Source: Eledone cirrhosa (lineage: Eukaryota). Taken from it: a stretch of DNA of 64,000 bases. A model generated the notes under the pieces. That model did no database searches and had not been told where the DNA came from. It was given only the letters and a program-made list of their open reading frames with translations. The stretch is from NCBI GenBank assembly GCA_964016885.1, contig OZ024740.1, positions 107,074,001-107,138,000 on the forward strand, read 5' to 3'. Position numbers and translations under genes: made by a program. This document shows positions 55,870-64,000 of this stretch, piece by piece. Within the stretch, counting starts at the first letter, position 1; the number at the start of each line of letters is the position of its first letter.

Positions 55870-58800
55870 ATAACTTTCTTTTTATTTGCCACCAGGGCAT
55901 CAAAAAGTGGGGGGGGAGTTTACATAAAAAGGCGTCCTCAATAAGGAGGACGCAATAACAAGATATAAAAATAAAATAAAATATAACAAAAATAAATTTA
56001 ATAACAAAATCATCAATAGGGAGGAGGCGCCTTGGGGGGTCGTACACACCCCCGAAAAAAAGTGTGCAACCCTTCTCCTCAGGAGCACAGAGAGGGGGTG
56101 CTCCCTTGATCTTTCATCTTCCTCACCTATAGTCTGATGTAGAGTGAAAGCCCATTCACACGGGCCATTCTCGCCACTTTCACCCATCTTTCATAAAAAC
56201 GGCTGGGGTGCAGCACCTCTCTCTCCATCCTGATCCTTCTTCCGAAATGATATCGGAAGAAACGGACCAGTTGTTGGCCAGAGAGGAATGTGTCTGACCT
56301 CAGTCCTTTCAGACGCGTCCACCATACAACCTCTTTCGCCATGGCTATTACGCACAGAAACACCGCCTCTTCTTCGTTTTTGAACAGGGGAGGCGGCTTG
56401 ATCGTTACAATAGACTCGGTGGTCGACCGGATCGGTTCCACCCTTGACAGCAGTTGTTCGACATAGCCCCACAGATCAGCAATGCCCGAGCAGTGTACCA
56501 ATGCATGTGCAACGGGTTCCTCGTCGCACACGCATCTGGGACAGATCTTTTTCGAGGGGTCCCTAGCCGGGTGCCCGTGTCTGTAGAGCCTTTCTCGAAC
56601 GGGCAGAGCCCCTCGGTAGCACTGCCAGGCCAGGGACCTCTGGAAGTTATCCATGGGTCCCGGGCTGAATGTCCTACCGAACAGGTTGGCCAGTTCGTCT
56701 TCCTCCATGCCTAGAGCTTCTCCGAGGGCGTCGTCGCACCTGCTAACCACCAGCCCTCTATAGAATGACGAGGTGGATTCTCCACTGACAGCCGGGTCCG
56801 CCTGCCAGAGAGCCGTGAGCGACGACGCCCTCGGAGAAGCTCTAGGCATGGAGGAAGACGAACTGGCCAACCTGTTCGGTAGGACATTCAGCCCGGGACC
56901 CATGGATAACTTCCAGAGGTCCCTGGCCTGGCAGTGCTACCGAGGGGCTCTGCCCGTTCGAGAAAAGCTCAGTTTTCTCGATCTTTGCTTGACCCAGGAT
57001 TGCAGCTCGGTGAGCGAGACGAGTCTGGGAAAGGCTCGCCTCACAAACGGGGCCCACACCGGTTGACCGGTGAGGAATACCTGGAGGTGCCGTAGCCTTA
57101 ATGCATGTTTACGCATCATCAGCCACGGCATCCCAGCCCTCCTTTCGAAGGGTGTTGATAGCAGATGGATCTCCTCACCATAGGAGCCCGCTTCTTCCAA
57201 AGGAATTGGCAGAGTGCGCGCTCCAGTTTGGCGAGCGTTTCCCTTGGGCAAGGCACGACGGTAAGGCGGTAGTAGATGACGGACGCTATATAAGTGTTCG
57301 CCACCCCCGTCCGACCTTTCAGGGACAGTTTGCACTCGGCCCACTTCTGGGTCAGTGCAAACACCCTGTTCGTTACCTCACCCCAGTTCTTCTCCACCTG
57401 GAGGTCTGGTCCGAACCAGACACCAAGCAACTTCACCGGGCCCTCCGTCCAGCGCCCGACGATGCCATCGGGGGGCATCGATTTGCCCCTCCACGTGCCG
57501 AGTTGCAGACCGATCGACTTGTCCCGGTTCAGCTTAGCCCCTGTAAACCTTTCGTACTCCTCCAGTAATGTGCCGATCGCCGCGATTTCCGAGGCCGTCG
57601 ACACCATTACTGTTACGTCATCGGCGTAGGCCGACACCGCTTTCCGCAATCCCGGTTCCAACGGGATGCCCTGCAACAACTCCAACTTCAGCAGCAGTGG
57701 CTCTAGAGTCACTGCATACAGAAGGGAGGAGAGAGGGCACCCTTGTCGGATGGATCGCGCGATTTTGAACGGCTCCGAGAGGTAGCCGTTCACCTTGACC
57801 CTAGAGCAGATGCAGCTGCTGTGCATGGCATTGATCCAGCCTCTGAAAACGGGTCCGAAGCCTGCCGCCGCTAGCACCGCATCCAGGTAACCATGGTCGA
57901 CCCTATCGAACGCCTTAGATTGATCCAAGTTGATCAGGGCCCCACCAAAGCCGGGTTCGTTCCCAACCCTCTCTATGATATATCGCATGAGGTGGAGGTT
58001 GTCGTGGATGGACCTGGACGAGATAGTACATGTCTGCGCATATCCCACCAGGTTGCCCACGACAAGCGCCAACCTTTTTGCTAGCACCTTGGCCAAAATC
58101 TGTAACTCTGTATTTAGCAGAGTTATGGGCCTGAAATTATTTATATCGTCCCCCTTGTTCTCGTCCTTCCTCACTAGCGTGACTACGCCCTTGGTCACAG
58201 AACAGGGAATTCTCCCGTTCTGTTGCCAGTTGCAGTAGACCGCCTCGAGGAGATCGGGGAACAAGTCAGTCCGGCATAGCTAGATATAGTTTGTATGGAA
58301 GACCATCGAGACCCGGGAATTTGTGTTTACCGCATTGGCTCAGCACGTCCTCTATCTCAGCGGCTGAAATCGGCTCCTCGCAGGACTTCGCCTCCCTGTC
58401 CGAGAGACGCGGCAGGCCGTCGAGGTATGGACCGAAGTTCATTTCCCCAACCGGCTCCCCGCCCCTTCCGAATAATCTGGCAATGTGCTTTTGAAAAGCC
58501 TCGCACATCTGCTTAGGTTCACACGTCCATCCTGGTCTCGCAAAGACCGGATAGTGGATCTACTCCCTCTTTTGGCTTCTGTCACGCGGGCCCAGCTAAC
58601 AGCTTTGGTCCCCTCGTTTCCCAGAGCACGTATTTTTCTTCGGACGATGCAGCCTTCGTGTTTCGCGTCGAAGAACTGGCCCAGGGCCGTTCTCGACGCT
58701 AGCACTCTGGCCACGTTGCCGCTTCTAATTGCCTCTTCTACACTATCTACCAACTCCCTTTCCTTCCTATTTCTATTTGAGGCTAACTCCTTACTAAATT

Positions 58801-59635
58801 CTATAGAGACTACTCTAATCTCTCTTTTGAGAGATCCCCACCACCTGCTGTTGACGATGGCGCCCGTCAACCGCTCCTTAACTAAAGTGTTAATCCGGTC
58901 CTTGTAAGCCTTACTTGCCGGTAAGGAAAAGTTGAGCTTCCAGTAACCGGGTCCCTGTCTATGCGTTCTGTCAAGGTTGACCATGCAGGTCACTAACTTG
59001 TGGTCTGAATAGCCAACCATGCGCATTTTTTTGACAACTTAAAAAGTCCTTATCCTTATTTCTAACTAAGAACCTATCTAAGTACGACCTAGATGATCCG
59101 CTGAGGTTTGCCCAAGTCCAGGTTGGCGCAGTCGGAAAATCTAGTCGATATCTATCGGCCAGGTCAAATCGACCGATTTACCCTTTGAGGCTATTACACC
59201 CCTCTCCATCGGGACAGGCCCCTACGTAGTCCCAACGTGCATCTAGGATACCATTCTAGTCCCCCACTAATAGCAAGGAGCGGGACGTCCCTAGAAAAGT
59301 CTCCAGACGATGGAAGAAGTCCGGCCGCATTGACCCGAAAGGGCCATAGACGGCTACAACCTAAACGCTCCGCCTTCACCACTACCAAGGTCCAGAACCA
59401 CTAGTCGATCCTCCGGGTCCAAATGTACCGTCTGTGTTGCGAGACCCAGATGTTTTTGCAGCAGAACGACAACCCCACCCCCACCTCCGGGCTGACAGAG
59501 AGATGCGTGCATCTCAAAGTCATCAAAGGTGGGGGGCCAGCTGTCGCACGTTGCTGATCCGGGCCTCGCAAATAACCATCACATCTATACGTTGTGACCT
59601 GAGGTCATTTAGCAGCATTGCTTGCTTCCAAGTGA
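55870..59635 (-). mobile_element. Tx1/L1-clade LINE, family 2 (ORF2: APE-RT-CCHC), 5'-truncated and frameshifted
   Basis: Motifs SDHK, GPGYWKLN, PGLDGLP, FRPITLLN, LDQSKAFDRV, RQGCPLS, YADD and CPRC...H...C. AATAAA then (TC)n at the 3' end. Confidence 0.93.
57119..58264 (-). pseudogene. Tx1-like reverse transcriptase domain
   Basis: 381-aa ORF with RT motifs (YADD), flanked by frameshifts. Confidence 0.9.
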
Positions 59636-60574
59636 AAAGAGAAGATGCATTCAAAAATTTTCAATAAAAATCATAGGAAAACAGAGTCAAGATAAATTAA
59701 TAAAAACAATGAAATAAAAACAAAGAACAAGTTCCTTATATTAAAAAATTCATCATTTTACGATCGTTTCTGGGATGTATATGTGTGTTGGTATGTATAT
59801 CATATAGATCTATGTAAAAATATTACAAATTATCAGAGGAAATATACATACCTTCACATATACAAGCCGTCCTCAGAAATGATGAGATGTGTTTATTGAA
59901 AAAAACAAACAAAGATTTAATATAAAAAGTCTGTTTGGGAACAGGTTTTGAATTGACCAATAGAAAAGTAGTTAGAGGTCAAGTTGATAGAATGGTAGTA
60001 GTAGAAATTTAATTTAGGGGTAGAGGAGTGCAGACTTATGTTTTGAATGAAAAGAATATTTTGGGGATGAAAAGAGGTCAAGCCAAGGAGATAGTGAAAG
60101 GTACACGAAAATTTGATGTTATTAAAGAATAATGTTAAAAACGAATGAAAATAAAATTTTAGAGTAAGGGTATTAGTGAGAAATACCAATCTTATTTAAA
60201 CCACAAGGAATCTAGATCTATAACAAGAAATTAAATTAATTGATAGGTATACTTATAGGAATAAAGTTATATTAATTCATATGAATGTGATAAATAAGAA
60301 TTAGATGTTATTAAAGAATGTTGTTAAAAACGAAGGAAAGTAAAATTTTGGGATAAGGGTAGTAGTGAGAAATACCAATCTTATTTAAACTATAAGGAAT
60401 CTAGATACATAACAGGAAATTAAATTAATTTATAGGTATATTTTTAGGTATTAATTTTAGGAAAGGAGAGCTGTAAGAGGGAAATAAAATTATGAAGTTC
60501 TCTGTAGTAAAGTACTAATTATAGGTTAACTAAATTAAAAAAACCCATTATAATAATTTGTAAAATATAAGAGT

Positions 60575-60801
60575 AAGGTGTATATTAATTAAGTTTATAA
60601 TATTTGAAGGTTCTTCTAATTCTATGATTGAAAGATATAATTAATTCCTGTCGCTTATTTAACAGGATATCCTTAGATTTCATGATTTCAAAAAGTTCCT
60701 GGGAGTATACCCTACATTCGTATCGGCTATTTTGATAAGGGGTGGCCCTTTTGAGCACGCTCCAGGTCAGGTTGTCTCCCAGGAACTTTTTGAAATCATG
60801 C
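60575..60801 (-). mobile_element. Hydra-like PLE C-terminal fragment with a short 5' inversion
   Basis: Manual translation WSVLKRATPY...ECRVYSQE...LLNKRQELI. 60777-60800 is the inverse of 60680-60704. Confidence 0.6.
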
Positions 60802-60815
60802 TCGGAAAAATAAAT

Positions 60816-62476
60816 GCTGTTGTCGTTGTTGCAGCTGTTGTTGTCGTTGTTGTTGTTGCTGTTGTTGCAGCTGCTGTTGTTGTCGTTGTTGTTGCAGCTG
60901 CTGTTGTTGTCGTTGTTGTTGTTGCTGTTATTGCAGCTGCTGTTGTTGTCGTTGTTATTGTTTCAGCTGCTGTTGTTGTCGTTGTTGTTGCAGCTACTGT
61001 TGTTGCTGTTGTTGCAGCTGCTGTTGTTGTCGTTGTTGTTGTTGCTGTTATTGCAGCTGCTGTTGTTGTCGTTGTTATTGTTTCAGCTGCTGTTGTTGTC
61101 GTTGTTGTTGCTGTTGTTGCAGCTGCTGTTGTTGCTGTTGTTGCAGCTGCTGTTGTTGTCGTTGTTGTTGTTGCTGTTGTTGCAGCTGCTGGTGTTGTCG
61201 TTGTTGTTGCAGCTGCTGTTGTTTTCGTTGTTGTTGTTGTTGCTGTTGTTGCAGCTGCTGTTGTTGCCGTTGTTGTTGTTGCAGCTGCTGCTGTTGTCGT
61301 TGTTGTTGTTGCTGTTGTTGCAGTTGCTGTTGTTGCAGCTGCTGTTGTTGTCGTTGTTGTTGTTGTTGCTGTTGTTGCAACTGCTGTTGCTGTCGTTGTT
61401 GTTGTTGCTGTTGTTGCAGCTGCTGTTGTTGTCGTTGTTGTTGTTGCAGCTGCTGTTGTTGTCGTTGTTGTTGCAGCTACTGTTGTTGCTGTTGTTGCAG
61501 CTGCTGTTGTTGTCGTTGTTGTTGTTGCTGTTATTGCAGCTGCTGTTGTTGTCGTTGTTATTGTTTCAGCTGCTGTTGTTGTCGTTGTTGTTGCTGTTGT
61601 TGCAGCTGCTGTTGTTGCTGTTGTTGCAGCTGCTGTTGTTGTCGTTGTTGTTGTTGCTGTTGTTGCAGCTGCTGGTGTTGTCGTTGTTGTTGCAGCTGCT
61701 GTTGTTTTCGTTGTTGTTGTTGTTGCTGTTGTTGCAGCTGCTGTTGTTGCCGTTGTTGTTGTTGCAGCTGCTGCTGTTGTCGTTGTTGTTGTTGCTGTTG
61801 TTGCAGTTGCTGTTGTTGCAGCTGCTGTTGTTGTCGTTGTTGTTGTTGTTGCTGTTGTTGCAACTGCTGTTGCTGTCGTTGTTGTTGTTGCTGTTGTTGC
61901 AGCTGCTGTTGTTGTCGTTGTTGTTGTTGCAGCTGCTGTTGTTGTCGTTGTTGTTGCAGCTACTGTTGTTGCTGTTGTTGCAGCTGCTGTTGTTGTCGTT
62001 GTTGTTGTTGCTGTTATTGCAGCTGCTGTTGTTGTCGTTGTTATTGTTTCAGCTGCTGTTGTTGTCGTTGTTGTTGCTGTTGTTGCAGCTGCTGTTGTTG
62101 CTGTTGTTGCAGCTGCTGTTGTTGTCGTTGTTGTTGTTGCTGTTGTTGCAGCTGCTGGTGTTGTCGTTGTTGTTGCAGCTGCTGTTGTTTTCGTTGTTGT
62201 TGTTGCTGTTGTTGCAGCTGCTGTTGTTGCAGCTGCTGTTGTTGCCGTTGTTGTTGTTGCAGCTGCTGCTGTTGTCGTTGTTGTTGTTGCTGTTGTTGCA
62301 GCTGCTGTTGTTGTCGTTGTTGTATTTGGTGTTGTGGATGTTGTTGTTGTTGTAGCTGGTGTTGCTGTTGTTGCTGATGTTGTTATTGTTGTTGTTCTTC
62401 TTGTTCTTGTTGCTGTTGCTGCTGTTTTTGTTGTTGTTGGTGGTGGTGTTGCTGTTGTTGATGTTGTTTGTGTTGG

Positions 62477-62545
<69 letters not shown>
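60816..62545. repeat. Compound (GTT/GCT/GCA) trinucleotide array with a 483-bp higher-order repeat
   Basis: Identical ORFs at 61075 and 61558 (offset 483), about 3 higher-order units, ending in pure (GTT)n. Confidence 0.95.
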
Positions 62546-62737
62546 ATAACGAAAATTTCAGACAGAAATAGCTGGCCGAACCCTTTTTTTAACCCTTCCG
62601 GCTAGGGCTAGAGAGCTTCTTCAGAATTGTTTTGTAACGAATGAGCTTTCAGTAACTTGTGGAACGTAAATCCTTTCTTTGCAACAACGTAATATAGAGG
62701 GTTGGTCGGAAATTAGTGATATAACTCATCATACGCA

Positions 62738-63475
<738 letters not shown>

Positions 63476-63482
63476 GTGTGTG

Positions 63483-63524
<42 letters not shown>

Positions 63525-63592
63525 TATGTATATATATATATACATATATATATATACAAACAAAAATTTGTCACCATTTTCTTTTCCTTTTA

Positions 63593-63643
<51 letters not shown>

Positions 63644-63644
63644 G

Positions 63645-63759
<115 letters not shown>

Positions 63760-64000
63760 AGATAAGCAGAACAAGTAAAATTCAACCAATTTTTCAAAAT
63801 AAATCAAAATTAATTTACAATTAAAGTTAATCAAAATTAAAAAATATAATATAAATATTTACCTATTCAAATGGCCCTTACTGTACAGTTTCACGTTGCA
63901 AAACATTAGATATCACATGGATATTAATGGAAAAGCAAAGATCATCAGAGAAGCATTTTCCTTTGATTAATTTTAATTGTAAATTAATTTTGATTTATTT

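Noticed and set aside
60732-62549. 605-aa Val/Ala and 513-aa Leu ORFs
   Set aside because: Translations of a trinucleotide array that lacks stops by composition.
62548-62630. Minus-strand CTGAAGA...GAAA hammerhead candidate
   Set aside because: The stem does not close next to GAAA and there is no stem I.

Overview
AT-rich, microsatellite-dense animal DNA with no recognisable host gene, rRNA, tRNA or CRISPR. The tRNA-derived SINEs resemble those of octopod cephalopods, which is an inference from recall. The window is almost entirely mobile elements. (i) Tx1-type L1-clade LINEs: a head-to-tail pair separated by (AAT)n at 1-6476, one internally deleted, and a second family ending in (TC)n at 55870-59635 with a 147-bp fold-back inversion. 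(ii) Penelope-like elements (PLEs; RT plus C-terminal GIY-YIG) of two kinds. A Nematis/Neptune-like family is present in three copies, each with a minimal hammerhead ribozyme in the 3' tail, and there are several Hydra-like fragments. (iii) Non-autonomous Helitrons, including a 2.7-kb composite that splits a minisatellite at an A|T site. (iv) An apparently non-coding LTR element, hAT MITEs, a palindromic MITE pair, RTE and CRE-like fragments, SINEs and several tandem arrays. Most short ORFs in the ORF track are translations of simple repeats.
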